Below, one piece after another: positions 10,055 to 19,771 of a DNA stretch of 54,127 bases. The notes under the pieces are model-generated. The model was not told the origin of the DNA and ran no database searches. It worked only from the letters and a program-made list of their open reading frames with translations. The DNA is from Trichormus sp. ATA11-4-KO1 (lineage in GTDB: Bacteria; Cyanobacteriota; Cyanobacteriia; Cyanobacteriales; Nostocaceae), in contig JAHHIM010000030.1 in the NCBI GenBank assembly GCA_019358915.1, forward strand, positions 1-54,127. Reading direction: 5' to 3'. Within the stretch, counting starts at the first letter, position 1, and each line of letters begins with the position of its first letter. Position numbers and translations under genes: made by a program.

Positions 10055-10723
10055 ATGAACACCAAAAACCAGCAGCGCAACTCCGTATTATTGGTACATG
10101 GCATTGATGACACGGGAGCTGTTTTTCGTCAAATGACGGGTTACTTAAGAAAACTGGGTTGGTCTGTGTATACCCTCGATTTGGTTCCTAATAATTGTGA
10201 TGCCGGTCTTGATGTATTGGCACAGCAGGTAGCCGATTATGTAGCCACTAACTTTGCTCCAGAACAACCATTAGACTTGGTAGGTTTCAGCATGGGAGGA
10301 ATTGTCAGCCGCTACTATGTGCAACGACTAGGCGGAATTAACCGTGTACAGAGGTTTATCACTATCTCATCACCTCATCATGGAACTGTAATTGCGTATG
10401 CTTCTCAACGTCCTGGTTGCTTACAAATGCGCCCCAACAGTGCTTTTATCCAGAATTTAAATTCTGATGCTCTAATATTAGAACAGCTAAATTTTACTTC
10501 TATATGGACACCTTATGATTTGATGATCGTTCCCGCAAATAGTTCACAAATGCCACTGGGACAAGAAGTAATAGTGCCAGTTGCTCTACACTCCTGGATG
10601 TTGACAGACTCTAGAAGTTTAGCAGCAGTAGCCGCAGCTTTGGCAGAGCCAATTAAGCCCTATCACCGATTTGGGTATACTCATAATTTCCAAAAATCGC
10701 CTCTGGGTGGCGGTAATATTTAA
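10055..10723 (+). CDS. Alpha/beta-hydrolase, lipase/esterase-like
   Basis: LVHG oxyanion motif, GFSMGG nucleophile elbow, downstream Asp and His. Confidence 0.9.
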   Translation: MNTKNQQRNSVLLVHGIDDTGAVFRQMTGYLRKLGWSVYTLDLVPNNCDAGLDVLAQQVADYVATNFAPEQPLDLVGFSMGGIVSRYYVQRLGGINRVQRFITISSPHHGTVIAYASQRPGCLQMRPNSAFIQNLNSDALILEQLNFTSIWTPYDLMIVPANSSQMPLGQEVIVPVALHSWMLTDSRSLAAVAAALAEPIKPYHRFGYTHNFQKSPLGGGNI

Positions 10724-11084
10724 ATTCCATCAAGTTATAAAAAGGATCTTCCAAAAAGAAAGTACGATGCTCCAAGGGAGAACCAACAAAGCGGTTTTTG
10801 GGTACTTCGCGAAAAAGTAGCTGTTTTGTTTGTGCCTTGTCTAGTAATTCCTCCCAGTCATCTTCCTGGATAAAAATTAGTCCAAAATGTCGTGGATAAA
10901 TAGTGCGTTGGCGTGTCAGGGGTTCTTTAGTGACGTGAGCCACCAATTGATGACCGTAGAGGTTGAGAATCAGCGCTTGGGGGTTTTCACGGCCAGGGAT
11001 ACAACCTAGGGCATCAACATAATAGGCTTTCGTTTGGGCAATGTCAGTTACAGGAAAAGCCAGATGAAATAAAGTTTGGCTCAT
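10653..11084 (-). CDS. VOC family (glyoxalase-like) protein
   Basis: FHLAFPV, GHQLVAH, RHFG and FLEDPFYNLMEFK motifs. Confidence 0.88.
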   Translation of the reverse strand: MSQTLFHLAFPVTDIAQTKAYYVDALGCIPGRENPQALILNLYGHQLVAHVTKEPLTRQRTIYPRHFGLIFIQEDDWEELLDKAQTKQLLFREVPKNRFVGSPLEHRTFFLEDPFYNLMEFKYYRHPEAIFGNYEYTQIGDRA

Positions 11085-11374
11085 AGATGGCTAGTGTTGC
11101 AGAGACTAGTATTTGATACTATCTACAAATTTATTCCTTAAACTTTAGTTGTGGTCAATTTGCACACAGTTTTATATAAATTTAACTTATATCCTGGTGA
11201 CGATATTGCGTGGAGTAGGGAGTAGAGGAGATAACTCATATAAGTTCTTTTACCTCTGCCGCTTTTTCCTAGTCTTCCCTGTTTGTTCTATCCTTCACCT
11301 GTAAAAGGAATAGAGCTGATGGGAATTCTATTTGATTTTTGTAAAAACTCACATGTGTTTCCTTCTGACTTGAA

Positions 11375-11405
11375 AGTGCTGAGTGCTGAGTGCTGAGTGC
11401 TGAGT
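11375..11405 (-). repeat. STRR array (ACTCAGC) x ~4 on the minus strand
   Basis: AGTGCTG tandem copies on the plus strand. Confidence 0.9.
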
Positions 11406-11565
11406 AAAAATTCTAGTCTCTAGCTTCTAGTCTCTCTTTCATACTTGGCTGTGAAACTCGTTTCATTGGGACTTCCCTGTCCCCTGTCATCTTCCTAGGA
11501 ATCCAGCACCCAAGTTCTAAAATTGGTTATTCTGTTGATATTCTGGCAAAACTACTCATGATTGA

Positions 11566-12381
11566 TTGCTGATGTTATCTTTAATTGACTCTGCAAATCC
11601 CTGGTTAGTCGCAATAGGATTGAACACAATTTTATTGGGTTTAGTGGGGATTGCTCCCAAGAAGCTACTCACTCCAGCAGGAATATTCCACGCCTGGTTA
11701 CTTGGAGTACTTATTTGGGGAACCCTAGGCTGGCAAGGATATGTGGTAGTAATGTTTTATTTTTTGGTTGGTTCTGGGGTAACGCGTATCGGGATGGCAC
11801 AAAAAGAAACAGAAGGAATAGCGGAAAAGCGTTCTGGAGCAAGAGGCCCAGAGAACGTCTGGGGTTCGGCTTTAACTGCGGCATTGTGTGCCGTGGGAGT
11901 AGGGATGCTGAATTCAGAATTGCTTATATCTATTCCCCAGTCTTTAGTTCTCAGTCTTTTGCCCTTACTTTTGTTAGGCTATGTAGCGAGTTTTAGTACC
12001 AAGCTCGCTGATACCACTGCTAGCGAAGTGGGTAAAGCCTATGGTAAACGCACCTTTTTGATTACCACATTACAACCAGTACCCCGTGGTACAGAAGGGG
12101 CAGTTAGCTTAGAGGGTACTTTAGCTGGGATAGTAGCTTCAATTGCGATCGCCTGTTTAGGTTGGGCAGTTGGTTTAATTGATTTATTGGGGATAGTGTG
12201 GTGTGTATTAGCAGCATTTATTGCGACTAATTTAGAAAGTGTAATTGGGGCAACATTGCAATCTCAATATAATTGGATGACTAATGAAGTAGTAAATATT
12301 TTCAATACATTGATAGGCGCGATCGCTGCTATGATCATTGCCTTATTATGGGCAATTATTAATGCTTCATTTGCTGGCTAA
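11566..12381 (+). CDS. DUF92/TIGR00297 membrane protein, homologous to plant VTE6 phytyl-phosphate kinase
   Basis: KRSGARGPENVWGS, KLADTTASEVGK and PRGTEGAVSLEGT motifs. Confidence 0.88.
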   Translation: MLMLSLIDSANPWLVAIGLNTILLGLVGIAPKKLLTPAGIFHAWLLGVLIWGTLGWQGYVVVMFYFLVGSGVTRIGMAQKETEGIAEKRSGARGPENVWGSALTAALCAVGVGMLNSELLISIPQSLVLSLLPLLLLGYVASFSTKLADTTASEVGKAYGKRTFLITTLQPVPRGTEGAVSLEGTLAGIVASIAIACLGWAVGLIDLLGIVWCVLAAFIATNLESVIGATLQSQYNWMTNEVVNIFNTLIGAIAAMIIALLWAIINASFAG

Positions 12382-12542
12382 TTTTTTCTAAATAATTTAC
12401 AAGTATTTTTGCACACTACTTTTGTAGTGTAGTTACTGTGTAGCTATACAACGGTTGAAATCGGTGATTATCTAAGTTTTAAAATTGCCAACGTATATTT
12501 TGTAATATATAAAGGTTTAGCAGTTCCTTATCAGTTTATTTC

Positions 12543-13301
12543 ATGGAATCTTCATCATTTCTGACCGTCAATGAACAACCAATTTCTATTAATCAAGCAG
12601 TAAAATATCTGCAAGCCAATGGAAAACTAGCACAGTTCATTGGCGATATTCTCCGGCAATATGTCATTGAGCAAGAAATCCAAACGCGAGACGACATCCA
12701 AATTAGTCCGGCTGCCACAGAACAGACAATTATTGATTTTCGCCTCAAAAATCAACTAACTGACCCTCAGATTTTTCAGGAATGGTTAAAGAAAAATGCT
12801 ACAGACTACGCTACCTTTTACGAATCAATTGCTTTTGGCTTTAAGTTAGAAAAACTTAAAGTTCTGATTACAGAAACAAAACTCCCAGAATATTTTATTG
12901 AACGTAAGATTTTTCTGGATCGAGTAATTGTCTCTCGTATAGTTGTAGACAATCAAGAACTGGCAGAAGAACTACAAACCCAAATTGATGAAGGAGGTAG
13001 CTTTGAGCAACTAGCAAAAGAGTACTCACTGGCAGAAGATCGCATTGTCAACGGCATGATGGGGCCAGTTAGTCGAGGAACAATGCCAGATAAATTGAGG
13101 GCAGCTGTTGATGTAGCTAACCCTGGAAAATTGGTCGGTCCCATAGAAATAGAAGGACGTTATGGTTTGTTTCGAGTAGAACAATTTCTACCAGCGTCTT
13201 TAGAAGATGTTCAACTAAAGCAAGTACTACAAAATGAATTATTTGAGAAATGGCTAGTAGAGAAAATTCAAAAGCTGACGGTCAAACTACAAATGAGCTA
13301 A
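12543..13301 (+). CDS. Parvulin-type peptidylprolyl isomerase associated with the T1SS
   Basis: SFEQLAKEYS..NGMMG rotamase motif; overlaps the start of the ABC transporter. Confidence 0.85.
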   Translation: MESSSFLTVNEQPISINQAVKYLQANGKLAQFIGDILRQYVIEQEIQTRDDIQISPAATEQTIIDFRLKNQLTDPQIFQEWLKKNATDYATFYESIAFGFKLEKLKVLITETKLPEYFIERKIFLDRVIVSRIVVDNQELAEELQTQIDEGGSFEQLAKEYSLAEDRIVNGMMGPVSRGTMPDKLRAAVDVANPGKLVGPIEIEGRYGLFRVEQFLPASLEDVQLKQVLQNELFEKWLVEKIQKLTVKLQMS

Positions 13302-15919
13302 AAGTTCTGAATAGTCAATCTCTACGAGTAAACGCCCTAGATTCTGTACCTTGGGAACAAGCGCCCTTATGCTGGCTAAATTCCGAGGAAAAATCACGAT
13401 TACACAATCAAGCGGAAATCCGTCAATATCGACTAGGGGAAAAAATTTGGTCAACCGCAGCAGGAGGTGAGCAATTTTTTATTGTTGCTGGTAAAGTCCG
13501 CTTGCGGGAAGAAGGTGAAGGTAAGCCTTTAGCAGCCTTACAAGCAGGGGATTGGTTTGGTGACTTATATCAACTTGCTGTGGAGTGTAAAGCTGTAGCT
13601 GCTAGCAAAGAAGTAGTAGTAGTGTGTTGGGATAAAGCACTGTGGGCAGAGTTTTCCACACCGCAAATTGAAGAGTTTTGGCGAGGAGTAGAAGCGGAGG
13701 AGGGGATAGGGGGACAAGGGGACAAGGAAATTTCCCCCCATCCCCCCATCTCCCCATCTCCCCATCCCCTCATCCCCTCATCCTCCACTTATCCCTTTGT
13801 TTCTAATTGGAACACAGCTGCTGCTTGTTTAACCATGGTGGCGCAATACTTGGAACATCCTGTGAAATTGGAATGGGTGCAACGTCAACTGAGAGGACAA
13901 CGCCCGAAAAATCTGGTGGAAGCAGGAGAAAAGTTAGGGTTGGTGTTGCGACGGTTGCAAGTCAGTTGGGGTGAGTTGCGGCAGTTATCGTTTCCAGTTT
14001 TATTACAGTGGCAATCAGACACTTCATCTTCAATCAACACTCCCCAGTGGGTAGTAGCCTATGGAGTGAAAGGCTCTAATCTGATTATTGCTAATCCTCT
14101 CAACCTTGATCATACTTGTGAAAGCTTACCCCAATCAGCAGTTGAGGATTTTTGGGATGGTAGTTTGTGGCAGGTAGAACTTGTATCCCAGCAAGAAAAA
14201 TTTAACCTTGGTTGGTTCACTCCAGCAGTTTGGAAGTACCGGGGATTGCTAGGAGAAGTGTTACTAGCGTCCTTTACGTTGCAACTGTTGGGATTAGGGA
14301 CTCCACTGATTACCCAAGTCGTCATTGACAAAGTGATGGTGCAACAGAGTTTGCCCACTCTCGATGTCATGGCGATCGCACTTTTATTAATTGCTTCATT
14401 TGAGTCTCTACTCGGCATTCTGCGGCTATTTATCTTTACTCATACAGCTCGGCGTTTAGATTTGAGCTTATCAGCACAACTATTTCGCCATTTGATGCGT
14501 TTGCCTTTAGCTTATTTCGAGTCGCGGCGTGTGGGAGATACTGTAGCCAGAGTTCAAGAACTCGAACAAATCCGCCAGTTTCTTACAGGTACAGCATTAA
14601 CGGTGATTCTAGACAGCATATTTGCTGTGGTGTACTTGGTATTGATGTTTTACTACAACATCCCACTGACCTTTGTGTCTTTGGCTGTGCTGCCGTTGTT
14701 TGCTGCTTTAACAATTATTGCCACACCTATTCTGCGTAACTGGCTCAACGAAACCTTTAACCGCAGTGCCGATAGCCAATCATTTCTGGTAGAGACAGTC
14801 ACAGGAATTCACTCAGTTAAAGCTCATGCAGCCGAATCAGTAGCCCGCGATCGCTGGGAAGGCTTATTTGCTCGTTTTATCCGTACAGGTTTTAAAGCTT
14901 CTACTACCTCTAACATCAGCAGTAATATAGGTGACTTTCTGACTAAATTTTCTTCTTTACTAATTCTTTGGTTTGGTGCCAAATTAGTCATTGAACAAAA
15001 ACTAACAATTGGTCAGCTTGTAGCCTTTCAAATGCTTTCGGGTAGAGTCACCGGGCCGCTTTTGCGTCTAGTACAATTATGGCAAAATTTACAACAAGTT
15101 TTGCTTTCTGTAGACCGCATTGGTGACATTCTTAACGTTGCCCCAGAAGCTGAAGTTGGTACAGGCTTAGTATTACCACCTCTCAACGGTCAAGTCACAT
15201 TTGAGCAAGTCTTTTTCCGTTATCAGCCACATATTGAACCAGTTCTCAAAGGTATTTCTTTCAATATAGAACCAGGGCAATTCATCGGCATTGTCGGACG
15301 TAGTGGTTCTGGTAAAAGTACCCTTTCTAAATTATTACAACGCCTCTATCAAATTGAATCAGGACGCATCCTCATTGATGGTTTTGATATTAAAAGTGCA
15401 GATTTAGCTTCACTAAGACAACAAATTAGTGTAGTTCTCCAAGAAGACTTTTTATTCAACGGTTCCATCTTGGAAAATATCACTCTGGGTAATCCCGATA
15501 TTAGTGCAGAACAAGTAGTAGAAGCTGCCAGACTTGCCGTAGCCCATGACTTTATTAGTCAATTACCCTACGGTTACGAAACCAATGTTGGCGAACGAGG
15601 GACGGCTTTATCAGGTGGACAAAGACAGCGTATAGCCTTAGCAAGATTATTTCTTTCCCCAGCGCCAATTTTAGTGTTAGATGAAGCTACCAGCGCTTTA
15701 GATAGTGAAACTGAACAGCAAGTATTGCAAAACTTACAAAAAATTTCTGCTAACCGGACTGTCTTCCTCATTGCTCATCGCTTTGCACCTCTTAAACGTG
15801 CTGATTTGATTTTAGTATTAGAGCAAGGTGTAATTGCTGAACGCGGTACTCACTCACAGTTATTACAGCAGAAAGGATTGTACTGGTCACTATATCAACG
15901 GCAGCAAGCAAATATTTAG
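13250..15919 (+). CDS. HlyB-family type I secretion ABC transporter (cNMP-binding + C39-like + TMD + NBD)
   Basis: GDWFG cNMP-like domain, GRSGSGKST Walker A, LSGGQRQR signature, LVLDEATSALD Walker B. Confidence 0.92.
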   Translation: MASRENSKADGQTTNELKVLNSQSLRVNALDSVPWEQAPLCWLNSEEKSRLHNQAEIRQYRLGEKIWSTAAGGEQFFIVAGKVRLREEGEGKPLAALQAGDWFGDLYQLAVECKAVAASKEVVVVCWDKALWAEFSTPQIEEFWRGVEAEEGIGGQGDKEISPHPPISPSPHPLIPSSSTYPFVSNWNTAAACLTMVAQYLEHPVKLEWVQRQLRGQRPKNLVEAGEKLGLVLRRLQVSWGELRQLSFPVLLQWQSDTSSSINTPQWVVAYGVKGSNLIIANPLNLDHTCESLPQSAVEDFWDGSLWQVELVSQQEKFNLGWFTPAVWKYRGLLGEVLLASFTLQLLGLGTPLITQVVIDKVMVQQSLPTLDVMAIALLLIASFESLLGILRLFIFTHTARRLDLSLSAQLFRHLMRLPLAYFESRRVGDTVARVQELEQIRQFLTGTALTVILDSIFAVVYLVLMFYYNIPLTFVSLAVLPLFAALTIIATPILRNWLNETFNRSADSQSFLVETVTGIHSVKAHAAESVARDRWEGLFARFIRTGFKASTTSNISSNIGDFLTKFSSLLILWFGAKLVIEQKLTIGQLVAFQMLSGRVTGPLLRLVQLWQNLQQVLLSVDRIGDILNVAPEAEVGTGLVLPPLNGQVTFEQVFFRYQPHIEPVLKGISFNIEPGQFIGIVGRSGSGKSTLSKLLQRLYQIESGRILIDGFDIKSADLASLRQQISVVLQEDFLFNGSILENITLGNPDISAEQVVEAARLAVAHDFISQLPYGYETNVGERGTALSGGQRQRIALARLFLSPAPILVLDEATSALDSETEQQVLQNLQKISANRTVFLIAHRFAPLKRADLILVLEQGVIAERGTHSQLLQQKGLYWSLYQRQQANI
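13696..13786 (+). repeat. In-frame G-rich/C-rich STRR-type insertion in the ABC transporter linker
   Basis: GGGGACAAGGGGACAAGG...CCCCATCTCCCCATCCCCTCATCCCC. Confidence 0.8.
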
Positions 15920-15986
15920 TTGAAACTAGAGGCGAATAAGTAAAACTTTAGAGTTGCCCTCAGTGTAACCTGCATGATTAAGTCTT

Positions 15987-16054
15987 CTTTGTGTCTTAGT
16001 GTCTTTGTGGTGAAAAATAAATGCTTTTTAACACGAATTTACTAAGACACAAAG
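15987..16054. repeat. Palindromic element with a perfect 14-bp inverted repeat
   Basis: CTTTGTGTCTTAGT ... ACTAAGACACAAAG. Confidence 0.8.
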
Positions 16055-16260
16055 TAAAAATATCTGTAAATACAAACAATATAAAATTTTTAGAGAAATC
16101 CATTTTTAAGTAGGATTTTTTGTCAAAAAAGTTGCATTTTGCTATTTCATTTCATAGTATTTTTTGGCAAAGGGGGGAAAGTCACCCTTTAAAACCTTAG
16201 GGAGCAGGTTTTAACAGTTATTGCTGCCAAAAAACTACTCTATTTGAGGAGAAAGTATTC

Positions 16261-17811
16261 ATGCCCACTGATGATCTTAGTCACAATTTTTTTCCTCATA
16301 AAGGGCTAAATTTCACTTCTATTTCCTCGGTAGATACTTTTCCAATTCAACATGACTATAGCTGGGGTTTAAGTAATCGTAGTAGCTTTAATTTAGAAAG
16401 TGATGTTACGGCAAATTCTGCCCGTACCGCAAACTATAATTCTACCTCTGGCTATGGCTTGATTAACGCCGCCGCCGCAGTGGCAAGAGCTGCTGGTCAA
16501 AATACTTTTGCTAATGTTCCTCATCTTGGTGGCAATAATTGGGGGGGAGATTTAATTAAAGCGCCAGCAGCTTGGGCACAAGGATACACAGGTCAAGGTG
16601 TTGTGGTTGCTGTTCTGGATACTGGGATTGACTACAACCACGCAGACTTGCAGAACAATATCTGGACGAATCCTGGAGAAATTCCGGGTAATGGCATAGA
16701 TGATGATGGTAATGGCTATGTTGATGATGCCCAAGGCTGGAATTTTGTTAATAGAAGCAATAATGTTCTAGACGTCAACGGTCATGGTACTCACGTCGCC
16801 GGCACTATTGCTGGGGAGAATAATGGCTTTGGTGTGACTGGTATTGCTTATAATGCCAAGATTATGCCAGTTAAAGTCTTGGATGATTCTGGCACGGGTT
16901 CATTTAGCGCGATCGCAGATGGCATTTACTATGCTGTGAATAATGGCGCTAATGTGATTAACCTAAGTCTGGGTGGCGCTTTTCCTAACAGCACCCTGGA
17001 ATCAGCAATTGAATATGCTAGTAGCAAAGGTGCAGTCGTTGTTATGGCAGCAGGTAATAACGGTTTTCCATTCCCTGGCTATCCTGCTAGCTATGCCAAC
17101 AAGTGGGGACTTGCAGTTGGCGCAGTAGACAGAAACAATAACATGGCTAACTTCTCTAACCGAGCGGGAACGAATTCACTTGCCTACGTGACAGCCCCAG
17201 GCGTTGGTGTCTATTCTTCAGTTCCAGGTAATCAATATGCTCAGTACAGTGGCACATCTATGGCGACTCCGCATGTTGCTGGTGTAGTTGCTTTGATGTT
17301 GAGTGCCAATCCCTCTCTAACTGATGCTCAAGTACGTCAGATCATTATCGAAACAGCAGGAAATAGTACACCAGTTGCTACCTCTAGCTTTCAGGTTAGC
17401 TCTCTCAATCTCAGTTCTCTGGTTTCTCAGGCGATTTCTCACGAAACATCTTTGACAAACAGGTTTGCACTACCTTATGGGAATAACTCTCTAGAATTTT
17501 CTGGTACAAAGTTTCCAGTCTACGCAGAGATGATAGGCAATAGGATATCAGCTACTACTATTAATTTTGATTTTGAAGTTATACCACTAACCGTAAGCAA
17601 TGCAGCAACTGCCTACTACTCATCTGACAGCAAAATCTCGTCGATGCATCTAGGAATTCAAGAGCAATTCCAGTACTACGATCACGCTTTCAGCAACAGC
17701 ATTAGTCAAGATGATGACCAGAATAATGGTGATTTTACAGATATTGAAACAATTTTGAGTCAATTCCAAAAGCAGGTAGATGAGTTGCGGAGATATTTTG
17801 GTGGCTTCTAA
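16261..17811 (+). CDS. S8 family subtilisin-like serine protease
   Basis: VAVLDTG (Asp), HGTHVAG (His), AAGN oxyanion, SGTSMATPHVAG (Ser); GAGGAG RBS. Confidence 0.95.
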   Translation: MPTDDLSHNFFPHKGLNFTSISSVDTFPIQHDYSWGLSNRSSFNLESDVTANSARTANYNSTSGYGLINAAAAVARAAGQNTFANVPHLGGNNWGGDLIKAPAAWAQGYTGQGVVVAVLDTGIDYNHADLQNNIWTNPGEIPGNGIDDDGNGYVDDAQGWNFVNRSNNVLDVNGHGTHVAGTIAGENNGFGVTGIAYNAKIMPVKVLDDSGTGSFSAIADGIYYAVNNGANVINLSLGGAFPNSTLESAIEYASSKGAVVVMAAGNNGFPFPGYPASYANKWGLAVGAVDRNNNMANFSNRAGTNSLAYVTAPGVGVYSSVPGNQYAQYSGTSMATPHVAGVVALMLSANPSLTDAQVRQIIIETAGNSTPVATSSFQVSSLNLSSLVSQAISHETSLTNRFALPYGNNSLEFSGTKFPVYAEMIGNRISATTINFDFEVIPLTVSNAATAYYSSDSKISSMHLGIQEQFQYYDHAFSNSISQDDDQNNGDFTDIETILSQFQKQVDELRRYFGGF

Positions 17812-17865
17812 CTTTCTTGTGCTATCAAAAATCGGCAATTTACTTGTGATAGGCTGATATGTATT

Positions 17866-18645
17866 TTATCGTAAAAGCTGAACCATTTGTTGAGCAACAC
17901 CAATTGCTGATGCGGGATTTTGTCCAGTCACTAAGCGATCGCTAACCACAACATGGGCTTGAAAATTTGGGGCTTTGGTATATTTGGCTTTGCGTTCAAT
18001 GAGTTTGGACTCTAGCAAGAATGGCATGACTTGTGTAAGTCCCACTGCTGCTTCTTCTTCATTAGTGAAAGCGGCAATTGTCTTGCCAGCAACAAGATAT
18101 GCTCCATCGGAAAGTTTAACATTCACAAGTCCAGCCGGACCGTGACATACTGCCCCGACAACCCCGCCTTGCTCATAAATCGCAGCCGTTAGTTGCGCCA
18201 GTTTTTGATTTTCTGGAAAATCCCACATTGTGCCATGTCCACCTGCAAAAAAAATTGCTTTGTATGCAGATGGCTTGACTTGTTGAGGAGACAAAGTATT
18301 TTTCACCTTTGTCATAATTGTGGGATTCTGAACAAACTGTTGATTTAGCGGATCGTTAAGTTTGTAACTTTCCGGATCTATAGGGGCTTCGCCTCCTTTT
18401 GGACTGACAAATTCTACTGTGAAACCTGCTTGAGTAAATACTGAGTAAGGATGAGCCGCTTCATCAAGATAAAAGCCTGTTTTCTTACCTGTATTTCCCA
18501 ATTGATCATGATTTGTTAATACTATCAGAATTATATTTGAACGATTTAGGTTTGAAGAAATAATCTTTTGGGCATTAACTGCAAAACAGCCTGTCAAGGT
18601 AACTGCTCCAACTAAAGTGGTCAACTTTTTTTTCAGGTTAAACAT
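17866..18645 (-). CDS. DJ-1/PfpI (Hsp31-like) type 1 glutamine amidotransferase-like protein with N-terminal signal peptide
   Basis: TGFYLDEAAHPY, GGHG, AVCHGP and TGQNPAS motifs. Confidence 0.9.
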   Translation of the reverse strand: MFNLKKKLTTLVGAVTLTGCFAVNAQKIISSNLNRSNIILIVLTNHDQLGNTGKKTGFYLDEAAHPYSVFTQAGFTVEFVSPKGGEAPIDPESYKLNDPLNQQFVQNPTIMTKVKNTLSPQQVKPSAYKAIFFAGGHGTMWDFPENQKLAQLTAAIYEQGGVVGAVCHGPAGLVNVKLSDGAYLVAGKTIAAFTNEEEAAVGLTQVMPFLLESKLIERKAKYTKAPNFQAHVVVSDRLVTGQNPASAIGVAQQMVQLLR

Positions 18646-18788
18646 TATTTAAGTCTCCAATTGAAAAGGATTAAATAGCTCCATACCGGAAGCTCTTTCC
18701 CAATTGCTAGGTATTTCTTAACCTCATACTAAAAGCAATTTGTCTAGAATACAAATTATAAAAATTTGGTCTTCCTATAAATAAATTT

Positions 18789-19676
18789 ATGGTTAGTTTC
18801 GAGTGGTATCGCAGCTTTATGGAGGTTTATCGAGTGGGAACAGTATCGGGTGCAGCCCAGGTGTTGCATCTGACACAACCAGCTGTGAGTCAACACATTG
18901 CTGCTTTAGAATCTGCCCTGGGAGTTCCGCTTTTTCAACGAATGCCACGACGTATGCTGTCAACTGAAGCAGGAAAGCGTTTATATACTCGCATTGCTTC
19001 AGCGATGGAAACCTTAGAATCTGTTTCAGTGAGCGCAGATTTAGCGAATACACCACTCTTGATTCGGTTGGGAACGCCTCAAGAATTTTTTACTGAACAG
19101 GTTATCCAACGCCTGAAAACTAGAGATACTTTATTTTCAATTCAGTTTGGACTGGCTCAAGAATTAATTGAACAACTTTTAAATAATCAATTAGATTGCG
19201 TCATTGCCACGCAAAAATTAGCGAAATCAGAATTGGAATATCAACTCATTTTTGAGGAAAACTTTTGGCTAGTGGGGCCGCCGGAGAGTGAAATTCCCAT
19301 TTCTCAAAATTTGCTTCCAGTTGACTTGTCATTACTAGCTGCGTGGCTCATTCAACAACCTTGGATTGCTTATAGCGACGAATTGCCCATTATTCGGAGA
19401 TTTTGGAGAATTGTATTTGGTTGGCGTTTAGATGTCAGTCCTCAGTTTGTGATTCCAGACTTGCGGAGTATTCGCACCGCGATCGCACATGGGCTTGGCT
19501 ACAGTATTTTACCCGATTACCTATGTCGTGAATGGATTGCCGCAGGTAAGTTAAAGTTGGTACTTAAACCTACTAAAGCAGTGACTAATCAGATTTGGTT
19601 GGCCTATCGCAAATCAGAACGACAATCACAAAAAACTACTATGCTGTTCAATTTACTATCATCTGAAAGTTTTTGA
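18789..19676 (+). CDS. LysR-family transcriptional regulator, divergent from the DJ-1 gene
   Basis: TVSGAAQVLHLTQPAVSQHIAALESALGVPLFQR helix-turn-helix. Confidence 0.95.
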   Translation: MVSFEWYRSFMEVYRVGTVSGAAQVLHLTQPAVSQHIAALESALGVPLFQRMPRRMLSTEAGKRLYTRIASAMETLESVSVSADLANTPLLIRLGTPQEFFTEQVIQRLKTRDTLFSIQFGLAQELIEQLLNNQLDCVIATQKLAKSELEYQLIFEENFWLVGPPESEIPISQNLLPVDLSLLAAWLIQQPWIAYSDELPIIRRFWRIVFGWRLDVSPQFVIPDLRSIRTAIAHGLGYSILPDYLCREWIAAGKLKLVLKPTKAVTNQIWLAYRKSERQSQKTTMLFNLLSSESF

Positions 19677-19771
19677 TGACAATTTCAGATCAAAAACTTT
19701 TATCTTCTAAAGTGATATTAAAGGATTTTCTTGTGAGATGAGTTATCTGATTCACCCCACAAGAAATAAAC

